Part shown: one piece after another, positions 1 through 9,230 of the stretch
Position numbering within the stretch: position 1 is the first letter of the stretch
Layout of the letters: every line of letters begins with the position of its first letter
From: Gemmatimonadota bacterium
GTDB lineage: Bacteria; Gemmatimonadota; Gemmatimonadetes; Gemmatimonadales; Gemmatimonadaceae
DNA length: 64,000 nucleotides
Reading direction: 5' to 3'
NCBI GenBank assembly: GCA_040389905.1
Contig: JAZJZK010000015.1
Location: 64,001-128,000 of the forward strand
Notes under the pieces: model-generated
The model's database searches: none
The model's input: the letters and a program-made list of their open reading frames with translations, nothing else
What the model was told of the DNA's origin: nothing
Position numbers and translations under genes: made by a program

Positions 1-1
1 G

Positions 2-1330
2 GCGTTCCGTGAAGCGATCGGCTTCGATAGCACATTTGCCATGGCGCACTACCGGCTGGCGCTGGCCGCGAACTGGGCGGGGGAGATGTCACTCGTGGTG
101 CCGGAATCACAGCGTGCACTCGACTTTAGCGGGAGACTCAAGCCGTACGAACGCACGATCGTCGAAGCGTATTGGCACGGACGCCGCGGGCACTATGCCG
201 TGGCGGAGAGTCTGTATCGGAGCGTCCTCGTGGAGCATCCGACTGCCGTGGAGTCCTGGTACGATCTCGCGGAGATCCTGTACCATGGGAATCCGCAAAA
301 GGGGCGACCGATTGCCGAAGCGCGAGGTGCGTTCGAGCAGGTGCTTCGCCTGGATCCGGGGCATTTCGCTGCCGTGGTACACCTGGCTCGCCTCGCGGCC
401 GCGCGACGTGACCTCCCCGCGCTGGACTCCCTGACGTCCAAGGCGCTCAAGGGCGATCCCGACGGCCCGCACCGGGCCGAGCTGTTGTTGCTGCGCAGTG
501 TGAGTCTCGCCGACAGCGCGGCGACCGGAAGCTATCTGCACGAGCCGCACACCATCGCCGACCTCGATGCACTGTGGCGCTCGGCAGAATACTCGGGGCA
601 AGTGGACCGCATCATCGAGGTCGCGGAGCAAGTCCTTCGCGGCGCCTCCGGCGATGAGATGCGAAGTTCGATGCAGTTGCTCCTCGCCCATCTGGAAATG
701 GGCCGGGAGAATTTCGCCGGCGCCGAGCGGCGCGTCGACTCGCTGGCGAAGTTGTCGCCACAAACGGCACTTCTCACGCGGATGCTGCTCGCGACACATC
801 CGGCCCTGCCGGTGGCCGAGCGTTCGGCGATCGTGGCGAGCACACGACGCGCCTTCGCTGCGACAACGAGTTCACGCCGCGGGGCGCGCGTCTTCGTCGG
901 CATGATGCGCAGCGATGACGCAACGCCCTATGGAGACGGACTACGTGCGGCGCTCGCGCTCGCCTCGGGTGATACGGCGCACGTGCGGCAGTGGCTTGCG
1001 GCGACGGCGGACGTGGCGCCGACCAGTAGCATACCGTTGATGCGGCAGTGGCTGGCCATGTCCGTGGCGGGTGACAGTGCGTCGCGCGCGCAGCAGCTGC
1101 GAGACATGGAGCGCTTCGATCTCGATATTGCCAATCGATACATCTCGCCCACGCCATTTTTGCCGCGGGCGCTCAATCATCTGGTGGCGGCGCGACTGTT
1201 GGAGGGGGCAGGCCGGCCACAGGATGCGCTCGCCCACCTGAACGCGGTCCCAGAGGATCTCGGCTTCAACGTCGCGTACATGCGCGAGCTGGAGCGGCGG
1301 CGGGCGGCGCTGCGTGGCACGAAACCCTGA
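2..1330 (+). CDS. TPR-repeat protein, 5'-truncated by the window edge (probably the C-terminal part of a kinase- or regulator-TPR protein)
   Basis: Frame is open from base 2 (AFREAIGFDSTFAMAHYRLA...). TPR-like helices such as ARGAFEQVLRLDPGHFAAVVHLARLA. Confidence 0.6.
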   Translation, partial: AFREAIGFDSTFAMAHYRLALAANWAGEMSLVVPESQRALDFSGRLKPYERTIVEAYWHGRRGHYAVAESLYRSVLVEHPTAVESWYDLAEILYHGNPQKGRPIAEARGAFEQVLRLDPGHFAAVVHLARLAAARRDLPALDSLTSKALKGDPDGPHRAELLLLRSVSLADSAATGSYLHEPHTIADLDALWRSAEYSGQVDRIIEVAEQVLRGASGDEMRSSMQLLLAHLEMGRENFAGAERRVDSLAKLSPQTALLTRMLLATHPALPVAERSAIVASTRRAFAATTSSRRGARVFVGMMRSDDATPYGDGLRAALALASGDTAHVRQWLAATADVAPTSSIPLMRQWLAMSVAGDSASRAQQLRDMERFDLDIANRYISPTPFLPRALNHLVAARLLEGAGRPQDALAHLNAVPEDLGFNVAYMRELERRRAALRGTKP

Positions 1331-1497
1331 AGTCAAAATCCCGCGCGCGACCTGAAATGCATCGTGGCTCGCGGTGGATGACGGATTCTACGCCGTTACG
1401 AGCCGGATCGGATCGACTTCGTTTGCCCAGATAACCTATTCCGGTTCAGAGTCCGATACTGTGGGCGAGAGGGACTCCGTCCATCAAAGGCATTCCG

Positions 1498-4400
1498 TTG
1501 GTCACGAAGGCCACCGAGCGCACCGATCGCGCTCCCGAGCGTATACGAATCCGGACCGCCACACGAGTGTGGCGGTGGGGCCTGCTCCTGCTCTGCCTTG
1601 CCAGCCGGGCAACCGCGCAAGCCCGCGAGTTTCGTCATCTTGGCACAGACGCCGGTCTCGCTAACTCCTGGGTACAAGTGATCTACCAGGATAGCCGTGG
1701 CTTTCTGTGGTTCGGCACCGCGAATGGGCTCAATCGATACGACGGCAACGTGATGGAGGCGTTTCGGTACGAGCGCACGAATCCACGGAGCATCGCCGAC
1801 AATCGCATCGATGCAATCGTTGAGGATGGCGCGGGAGTGCTCTGGATCGGAACGCGAAGCGGCTTGAGCCGATTCGACTGGACCAGCAATTCCTTCACGA
1901 ACTACATGATCGAGGAGGGCGTGGAACTCGTCGCACGCCGCCCCGTGAACGCGATCATCGAAGATGGGAGAAGCACGTTGTGGGTTGGCGCGTCCACGGG
2001 ACTATTCACCTTCGATCGCCAGACGGGGCGTGAAAAGGCCTTTCGACTCCCGGTACGGCCCGGAGCACCGCAGCCCTTCATTCAAACCCTGCACGCTGAC
2101 CGTCGCAATCATCTCTGGATCGGAACGCGAGGCGAAGGCCTGTTCGATCTCGACCTCGTATCGGGGACCACACGGCTCTATTCCCGCGCGAGCGCCCCAC
2201 CGATGCAGCTACCCGACGACGACGTCAGGTCCCTGTCGCAGACGACCGACGGCCGGATTTGGGCGGGCACCTATAACGCCGGTATCGTCGAACTCGATCC
2301 CTTGTCATCCCATATCACCTCCTACAGGCATGACGCGCGAAATGCCGCGAGCATTTCGGTCGATCGGGTACGAAAGGTTCTCGCGGATCGCGATGGACGC
2401 GGACTCTGGATTGCCACTGACAACATGGGGTTGGAATACCTGGACTTTCACACGCGTGCATTCCAGCACAACCGCGCGAATCCGAAGAACCCGTCTTCCT
2501 TGAACAGCGACTCGTTCTGGTCGCTCTATCAGGAATCGAATGGACAACTCTGGGCGGGGACATTTTCCGCGGGGATCAACGTTCTCGAGCGCTCCGTTGC
2601 GCCGATCAAACGCTACTCAACGGTCGCGGGTGACGCCGGCAGCCTCAGCGCGAACGCGGTGCTCGCGTTTGCCCAGGACACAGCTGGCGTCGTGTGGATT
2701 GCCGCCGATGGTGGAGGACTCAACCGATTCGATCCGCGAACGGGCTCGTTCTCGGCGTTCACAACGAGGAATAGCAACCTGCCAAAGGACGCCGTCATCG
2801 CGGTCGCAGCGAGTGCAGGAGGTGTCTGGATCGGCACATGGGGTGAAGGAGGCGGGCTCAGTCGTCTCGATCCATCCACGGGGCGCTTCACGTCCTACAA
2901 CGCCGCGAACACCAACCTTCCAAACGACAACCTGTTCGCGGTGCACGAAGATCGCTTGGGGAGGGTATGGGTTGGATCATGGCAGGACGGTCTCTTTCAG
3001 TTCGATCGCGCGAAGAAGCATTTCACGAACTATCCGATCGGTCCTCCAGGCCGTCAGTCACAGATCTGGCAGATTTACGAGTTGCACGATGGACGACTCG
3101 TGTTGGCGACGCTCGAGAATGGAATGCTGATCTTCGATCCGGCGACGAAGTCGATGACGCCATACCGGAGTGGCCGAAGCGACAGCCATTCACTGAGCTC
3201 CTGGGAGGTACGGTCCCTTCTGGAAAGCGCGCCGAACATACTTTGGATCGGTACGTCAGCGGGATTGGATCGCCTCGACCTGACCACCGGTGCACTCGAG
3301 CACTTCACGACGGCCGACGGGCTGTCGAGCAATTTCATTTCGGGGATCGCAAAGGACGCGCGGGAGCATCTCTGGATCAGCACCGACCAGGGCATCACGC
3401 GCTTCGATCCCGTGACCAAGGACGTCACGAGATACGCCGCGACCGATGGGCTTCAGGGTCGTGAGTTCAACGCGCGTGCTGTTCTCGCTTCGCGTGAAGG
3501 AACGCTGTATTTCGGGGGGAACAATGGGTTCAATGTCATTGACCCCGCGACAATGGTTCAGAACCATCGCTCGCCCAGGGTCGTGCTCACGGGATTCGAC
3601 CTCTTCGGCAAGCCGGTCGTCATCGCTGCGCCGGGCTCGCCACTGAAACAGCACATTGCGGCGACGAGCGCGATCACGCTGAACCACAGGCAATCCGCCT
3701 TCACGATTCACTTCGCAGCGCTCGACTTTACGGCGCCCGAGAAGAATCAGTATGCCTACCGTCTGGAGAACGTGGACCCGGCATGGAGCGCCGCGAGCAA
3801 AGCGCACAGCGCGACGTACACGGGTCTACGGCCGGGATCGTACCGCTTTCGCGTTAAGGCGAGCAATAACGACGGCGTCTGGAACGAGGAAGGAACCTCC
3901 CTACTCATCACCATTGCTCCACCGTTCTGGGCGACGTGGTGGTTCCGCGCGCTCTGTGCAGCGGCCGCTCTGATCGCAGTGGCACTCATCGTCCGCAACG
4001 CGACCGACCGGCGCCGGGCTCTCGAGCACATGAACGCTCGTCTGGCCGAGGCAGCGGAACGCGATCGTCGGGGCCAGCAATATCTCGAAGGGAATGTCCT
4101 CGACATCCTCGACGCGATGCAACGATTCTCAACGGGCGATCACACGGTTGCACTGGATGTCGAGAGCGAAGATGCCATCGGCCATCTCCGTCGCGGATTC
4201 AATGCGGTGGTTGCCGATAGAAAACGCGCGGAGGAAGAACTCCGGCAATCGCAGAAAATGGAGGCCGTGGGGCGGCTCGCCGGCGGAGTAGCCCACGACT
4301 TCAACAATTTGTTGACGGTGATCAAAGGCAATGCGGGACTTGCCCTTATGGACATCGATTCGCGCGAGTCCGTTCGAATGGAGCTCGAAGAGATCGACCA

Positions 4401-5409
4401 CGCCGCGGACCGCGCAACATCGCTGACTCGACAGCTGCTCGCGTTCAGCCGCAAGCAGATTCTGAAGCCGCAGCTCTTCTCGCTCAATGGCGTCGTCGGA
4501 GAAATCGGCAGAATGCTCGAGCGTACGGTCGGCGAGGATATCCGGCTCGAGATCATTCTCGATCCGGAGTTGGCGAATGTGCGCGTCGATCCCGGCCAGA
4601 TCGAGCAGGTGCTGCTCAATCTCGTTGTCAATGCGCGCGACGCGATGCCACGCGGTGGGTTGCTCCTGCTCGAAACACGAAACGTGGAATCGTGGGAGGT
4701 GGCCTCCAACCCAGAAGCGGAGAGCCGGCGATACGTCGAGCTGATCGTGCGAGATACCGGCGTTGGCATGTCCGAAGAGGTGCGGCAACGTGTGTTCGAG
4801 CCGTTCTTCACGACCAAGGAGCAAGGGAAAGGAACAGGCCTGGGCCTGTCAACCGTGTATGGCATCGTGAAACAGAGTGGCGGGTTCGTTCGCGTTGAGA
4901 GCGTACCCGAACAAGGCACGATGATCGCCGTCTACCTTCCCAGGGTCGACGACGCCGAGGAAAAACCGCGAGTCGCGGTTGGTGACCCGCACCCCACGGG
5001 CACCGCGACCGTTCTGCTGGTCGAGGATGAGGATCTCGTGCGCACGCTGGCTTCGCGAGTGCTGCGTCGCGCCGGCTATACCGTGCTCGCGGCACCCAGT
5101 GGAGACGCCGCACTCGAAATCGCCGCAGCACACGAGGGAACGATCGACTTGCTGCTCACCGACGTCGTCATGCCGGGCATGAGCGGCCGCGAACTCGCCG
5201 AACGTCTCATGCCGGTACGGAAAGGCATGCGTCTGCTTTTTGCCTCCGGATACACGGAGGACGCAATCATCCGTCACGGGGTGTCGAGCGACGCGATGCC
5301 GTTCCTTGCCAAACCGTTCGCGCCCGGCGAATTGCTACAGAAAGTTCAGGAAGTGCTGGAAGCGTCCGCGCCAACGTTCTTCGGTGGCACGCCGTCGACG
5401 CACACCTGA
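1498..5409 (+). CDS. Hybrid sensor histidine kinase: beta-propeller (Reg_prop) repeats, Y_Y_Y, TM, HAMP-like, HisKA/HATPase, receiver
   Basis: Repeated D..G.LWIGT..GL motifs, YAYRLE...YTGLRPGSYRFRVKASNNDG, AHDFNNLL H-box, PFFTTKEQGKGTGLGL, C-terminal LLVEDE...LLTDVVMP...KPF. Start is approximate. Confidence 0.9.
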   Translation: MVTKATERTDRAPERIRIRTATRVWRWGLLLLCLASRATAQAREFRHLGTDAGLANSWVQVIYQDSRGFLWFGTANGLNRYDGNVMEAFRYERTNPRSIADNRIDAIVEDGAGVLWIGTRSGLSRFDWTSNSFTNYMIEEGVELVARRPVNAIIEDGRSTLWVGASTGLFTFDRQTGREKAFRLPVRPGAPQPFIQTLHADRRNHLWIGTRGEGLFDLDLVSGTTRLYSRASAPPMQLPDDDVRSLSQTTDGRIWAGTYNAGIVELDPLSSHITSYRHDARNAASISVDRVRKVLADRDGRGLWIATDNMGLEYLDFHTRAFQHNRANPKNPSSLNSDSFWSLYQESNGQLWAGTFSAGINVLERSVAPIKRYSTVAGDAGSLSANAVLAFAQDTAGVVWIAADGGGLNRFDPRTGSFSAFTTRNSNLPKDAVIAVAASAGGVWIGTWGEGGGLSRLDPSTGRFTSYNAANTNLPNDNLFAVHEDRLGRVWVGSWQDGLFQFDRAKKHFTNYPIGPPGRQSQIWQIYELHDGRLVLATLENGMLIFDPATKSMTPYRSGRSDSHSLSSWEVRSLLESAPNILWIGTSAGLDRLDLTTGALEHFTTADGLSSNFISGIAKDAREHLWISTDQGITRFDPVTKDVTRYAATDGLQGREFNARAVLASREGTLYFGGNNGFNVIDPATMVQNHRSPRVVLTGFDLFGKPVVIAAPGSPLKQHIAATSAITLNHRQSAFTIHFAALDFTAPEKNQYAYRLENVDPAWSAASKAHSATYTGLRPGSYRFRVKASNNDGVWNEEGTSLLITIAPPFWATWWFRALCAAAALIAVALIVRNATDRRRALEHMNARLAEAAERDRRGQQYLEGNVLDILDAMQRFSTGDHTVALDVESEDAIGHLRRGFNAVVADRKRAEEELRQSQKMEAVGRLAGGVAHDFNNLLTVIKGNAGLALMDIDSRESVRMELEEIDHAADRATSLTRQLLAFSRKQILKPQLFSLNGVVGEIGRMLERTVGEDIRLEIILDPELANVRVDPGQIEQVLLNLVVNARDAMPRGGLLLLETRNVESWEVASNPEAESRRYVELIVRDTGVGMSEEVRQRVFEPFFTTKEQGKGTGLGLSTVYGIVKQSGGFVRVESVPEQGTMIAVYLPRVDDAEEKPRVAVGDPHPTGTATVLLVEDEDLVRTLASRVLRRAGYTVLAAPSGDAALEIAAAHEGTIDLLLTDVVMPGMSGRELAERLMPVRKGMRLLFASGYTEDAIIRHGVSSDAMPFLAKPFAPGELLQKVQEVLEASAPTFFGGTPSTHT

Positions 5410-5486
5410 ACGGAATGGTCGGGCGCGTCGGATTTCGTACCCGTATACTTCTGTGCATGCGATTGCGCCTCACAGGAGAATGACGA

Positions 5487-6860
5487 GTGGCTGTTCCCAG
5501 GATTGCGATCGTTGCCGCGATGTGCGGTGTCGCCGTGTCAACCATGTCCACGCGCGCCACCGCCGAGACGTACTACATCAACAGCCGAATCGGCAACGAC
5601 TCCAGCGCCGGCACGACGAAGGAAGCCGCGTGGCGCAGCCTCGCCAACCTCGAAACGCGGACGTTCACCCCGGGTGACAGCATCCTCTTCGCCAAGGGCA
5701 CGACGTACACCGGCGGGGTCCACTTCACCTCCTCCGGCACCGCCGAGCGAAGGATCGTGCTCGCGAGCTACAGCATGAGCGCCGATATCGTGCGCAGCGT
5801 GGATCGCACGCACATTGGCGCGATGATCCCGCTGTACGGCGCAGGACGGATGCCGTCGTTTTCCAACCCGGACTGGAACGTCTTCAACGGCAATGTCTTT
5901 CAGATCGACGGCAGTTTCGTCGTCATCGACGGCCTGTATTTCCACGACAACGCCAATCCGCCGGGCTCCGATCGCGTCAATCGCAACGTGCAGAAGATGG
6001 GTGCGATCTATCTCGCGCTCGGCACGCACCACAACGAAGTACGGAATTGCGAGTTTTCGAACACGCCCGTCGGCATCAAGGTCAAGGGCACGCACACCCT
6101 GATCACGCGGAACTACCTGCACGACGCCTACGAACCCATGGCGCAGTCGTGGGGCCCGATCGCCATCATGGTCGTGACGCCGTACAACGAGATATCGTAC
6201 AACACGATCACGAACTACGGCTCGTACGGCGGCCCATACGGTTCGGACGGGGGCGTCATCGAATTGGACGGCGTGGACATGGCGTTCGACGGACGCAACG
6301 TCAACATCCACCACAATGTCTCGATCAACAATCACGGCTTTGTGGAGCTCGCCGGCCGCAAGGTGGACAGCATCACCATCGCCTACAACCTCAGCGACGA
6401 CCGCAATCAATTCCTGGGTGGCGGGTCGATGACGAACGTGCGCGTGTTGAACAACACGGTCGTCCGCACGCGCGAACCGAACATCGATCGCTACGTGTTC
6501 TGGACGTTTGCCGTGGATACCACGAAGGTCACAGTGCGCAACAACATCTTTGTCATCGCGCCCGACCTGAAGGTCCTCGGTCCCATACAGAAGCAAGTGC
6601 CACGGCAGCGAGCGCCGATTGGCAATCAGGTGCACGATCACAATCTGTATTTCTCGCCGGGGAATGCGGACCCGATCGGCATTCCTGCGGGGAAAGGAGA
6701 ACTCATCGCGAACCCGATGTTCGTTGACTTTGCGAATCGCAATTTTCGATTGAGCGAGAAGAGTCCCGCGCGGAAACGTGGCGTGCCGGTGGGCTACACC
6801 ACCGATCTCGATGGACGCACCGTGCCGGCACGCGCGCCGAGTCTCGGCGCGTATCAATAG
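5487..6860 (+). CDS. Secreted right-handed parallel beta-helix protein (pectin-lyase-like fold)
   Basis: Signal peptide, TYYINSRIGNDSSAGT...AWRSL N-terminal motif, Asn-rich beta-helix repeats, C-terminal NFRL...SPA...DLDG...LGAY tail. Confidence 0.75.
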   Translation: MAVPRIAIVAAMCGVAVSTMSTRATAETYYINSRIGNDSSAGTTKEAAWRSLANLETRTFTPGDSILFAKGTTYTGGVHFTSSGTAERRIVLASYSMSADIVRSVDRTHIGAMIPLYGAGRMPSFSNPDWNVFNGNVFQIDGSFVVIDGLYFHDNANPPGSDRVNRNVQKMGAIYLALGTHHNEVRNCEFSNTPVGIKVKGTHTLITRNYLHDAYEPMAQSWGPIAIMVVTPYNEISYNTITNYGSYGGPYGSDGGVIELDGVDMAFDGRNVNIHHNVSINNHGFVELAGRKVDSITIAYNLSDDRNQFLGGGSMTNVRVLNNTVVRTREPNIDRYVFWTFAVDTTKVTVRNNIFVIAPDLKVLGPIQKQVPRQRAPIGNQVHDHNLYFSPGNADPIGIPAGKGELIANPMFVDFANRNFRLSEKSPARKRGVPVGYTTDLDGRTVPARAPSLGAYQ

Positions 6861-6871
6861 ACACGACGGTG

Positions 6872-7933
6872 ATGTATTCGACCTGCCTCTTCTGTCAAAC
6901 CCAACTCGGCAAGAACGAGGCGATCGAGCATTTCCCCGTCGGCCGGCGTCTCGCGTTCGACGCCGCGAAAGGGCGGCTCTGGGTCGTGTGCAGAAAGTGT
7001 GAGCGCTGGAACCTCACTCCGCTCGAGGAACGGTGGGAGGCCATCGAGGAGTGCGAGCGTGCCTTTCGCGACACCAAGCTGCGGGTATCCACCGAACACA
7101 TTGGGCTCGCGCGCGTCAGTGAAGGGCTCGAGCTCGTCCGCATCGGCGAACCGCAGCGTCCGGAAATGGCGGCGTGGCGATACGGTGATCAGTTCGGGCG
7201 TCGGCGGAGGAAGCACATCGCGACGATCGCCGGGGCGGTCGTTGTTGTTGGCGGCGTGATGATTGCCGGCCCAGCGGTGGGACTGTGGAGCGGCGGTGCG
7301 ACGAACGTCGTGTTTCAACTGGCCAACGCGGGCGCCAGCATCTACCGGAAGCGCAAGATGGTGCTGCTCGGCTCCGCGGAGCATGGCACCTTTCACGCGC
7401 GCCTGAGCGATCTGCCGAACGTTCGTGTGTATGCCAGCGAAGAGGGCATCGAGCTCACGGTCCCGGTACTGAAGAAGTCCAAGTTCGTGAGCTTCGAAGT
7501 CAGCAAGGACGTCAACAACATCCGGCTGAGAGGTGAGGACGCCGTACGCGCGGTGGGCTCAATTCTGCCGGTTCTGAACCGTGGTGGTGGATCGGCCGCG
7601 GAGGTCACGCGCGCCGTGGACTACCTCGAGCAGTCCGGGTCGCCCGATCAACTCTTCCGGCGTGCGGTGGCGGCGATCGAAAAGCGTGACGCCGATCGCC
7701 TGTTCAAGACAGCGAACATGAACAAGCTGCAAAGTCTGCCGACGCCTGGGCGGCTCGCGCTCGAGATGGCTGTCCACGAGGAGTCGGAGCGGCGCGCGCT
7801 CGAGGGAGAACTGCATGTGCTCGAGGAGGCGTGGAAAGAGGCCGAGGAGATTGCCGGCATTTCGGACGACATGTTCCTGCCGGCGTCGGTCGATGAGGAA
7901 CTCGAGCGTCTAAAACGCGGAGAACAGCGGTAA
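6872..7933 (+). CDS. Hypothetical membrane protein with N-terminal CxxC...CxxC zinc-ribbon-like region
   Basis: CLFC and CRKC motifs, one hydrophobic segment (IAGAVVVVGGVMIAG), acidic helical C-terminus, coding-like composition. Confidence 0.7.
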   Translation: MYSTCLFCQTQLGKNEAIEHFPVGRRLAFDAAKGRLWVVCRKCERWNLTPLEERWEAIEECERAFRDTKLRVSTEHIGLARVSEGLELVRIGEPQRPEMAAWRYGDQFGRRRRKHIATIAGAVVVVGGVMIAGPAVGLWSGGATNVVFQLANAGASIYRKRKMVLLGSAEHGTFHARLSDLPNVRVYASEEGIELTVPVLKKSKFVSFEVSKDVNNIRLRGEDAVRAVGSILPVLNRGGGSAAEVTRAVDYLEQSGSPDQLFRRAVAAIEKRDADRLFKTANMNKLQSLPTPGRLALEMAVHEESERRALEGELHVLEEAWKEAEEIAGISDDMFLPASVDEELERLKRGEQR

Positions 7934-7968
7934 GCGCACCATCTTTCACTCAAAACAACAACACATGA

Positions 7969-8034
7969 ACCACAGAGGACACAGAGGACACAGAGGACTG
8001 CGTTTTCCTCTGTGATCTCTGTGTCCTCTGTGGT
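7969..8034. repeat. Family A REP-like palindrome (9-bp CACAGAGGA units)
   Basis: 7969-7997 pairs with 8006-8034 at 27/29 bp with an 8-nt loop. Lies between convergent genes. Confidence 0.9.
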
Positions 8035-8061
8035 AAAAGCACTTGCAAAGCAAGGAAGAAC

Positions 8062-8685
8062 TCAGCTGAATCGCTCCTCCGCGACGCGAATCACGAGATC
8101 CGCCGCGCCGTCCAATCCCATCAACGCAGTATTGACGCAGAGATGGTAATTCGACACGTCGAGCCACTCGCGCTGCCAATGCCGCCGCACGTATTCACCG
8201 CGCCGCGCATTCATCTCGAGGACTTTCTTGCGCGCCTCACCCGGCGGGACGCCAAGGTTCGTCACCGCGTACGCGATGAGCGCATCGAGCGGTGCGCAGC
8301 AGAGGACGTGCAGCGCATCGCTCCGCGTTTCGAGGAGCGCCGGAGCCCCACGCCCGACGATGACCGCGTTCCCCGACTGCACTGCCTCTTCCATCACACG
8401 CCGCGTCACCTCGACGATTCGCTCCTCACTCGGCGGCATCGCGTCTTCTCCGACCGTCGGCATCACTTCGGGCGCCGACAGCGAGATGGCCGACGCGAGA
8501 CGCTCGCCGAGCGTCGGCATACGTTCCTCTCGCGCCGACACTGCGGCGGACGTCATTCCCAACCGTGATGCAACTTCGTCCACCACCGCATTGTCGTACA
8601 ACTGCCAGCCGAGTGCATTGGCGACGCGCTCGGCGAGCTCGGAGCCACCGGACCCGTATTGTCGGGAGATCGTGACGATCGGCAT
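8062..8685 (-). CDS. Cytidylate kinase-like family protein
   Basis: IVTISRQYGSGG P-loop-like start, VIVGRGA, YHLCVNT. Confidence 0.85.
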   Translation of the reverse strand: MPIVTISRQYGSGGSELAERVANALGWQLYDNAVVDEVASRLGMTSAAVSAREERMPTLGERLASAISLSAPEVMPTVGEDAMPPSEERIVEVTRRVMEEAVQSGNAVIVGRGAPALLETRSDALHVLCCAPLDALIAYAVTNLGVPPGEARKKVLEMNARRGEYVRRHWQREWLDVSNYHLCVNTALMGLDGAADLVIRVAEERFS

Positions 8686-9203
8686 CAGCCGCCCGTCGGT
8701 GGGATGCGACGGACGCGGACCTGCTCCACGACGTCAAAACCGAGCGCTGACCACGCGCCCTCCGCGGACTCGCTACCGGCAACATTGTGGAGGCGCATCT
8801 GATCGAGTCCGCGCGCGCGTGACCATCGCTCCGCGGCGCGTAGCAGCGTTCGCAGGACGCCGCATCGACGATGCTCTTCGCGCACATAGACCGAAGACAC
8901 GTATGCGTAGCGTGCTGGTTCCAGCAACGGTGAGCCCATGGAGTCGACGCACCGCATGATGCCCACGACGCTCCCCGCACGCTCCGCGAGAAAAATCGCC
9001 TCATGCTCGGCCCGGATCTGCGCGGCGAACAACTCGCGTGCGCGCGTGGACGCATCCGCCCGCAACCGACCGTAGATCGGATGCGTGGGATGTTCGCGCA
9101 GGAGCGCGAGGCGAAGTTCCATCACGGCGCCAAGGTCGCGCAGGGTGGCCTGCCGCACGTGGATCTCGATCACTCGCGACCCCGCCAATTCCGGCGGCGA
9201 CAT
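8685..9203 (-). CDS. GNAT family N-acetyltransferase
   Basis: VSSVYVREEHRRCGV acetyl-CoA binding motif and W..LGF ending. Start uncertain (9203 or 9221). Confidence 0.85.
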   Translation of the reverse strand: MSPPELAGSRVIEIHVRQATLRDLGAVMELRLALLREHPTHPIYGRLRADASTRARELFAAQIRAEHEAIFLAERAGSVVGIMRCVDSMGSPLLEPARYAYVSSVYVREEHRRCGVLRTLLRAAERWSRARGLDQMRLHNVAGSESAEGAWSALGFDVVEQVRVRRIPPTGG

Positions 9204-9230
9204 GGGTTGAACGTGCCTCACGTCACGACA

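Noticed and set aside
5538..6857. Long antisense or alternative-frame ORFs (also 43206-44969, 38880-40082, 61649-63013, 14115-15341, 18059-19462)
   Set aside because: They shadow well-supported genes, lack motifs, and are expected from high-GC codon bias.
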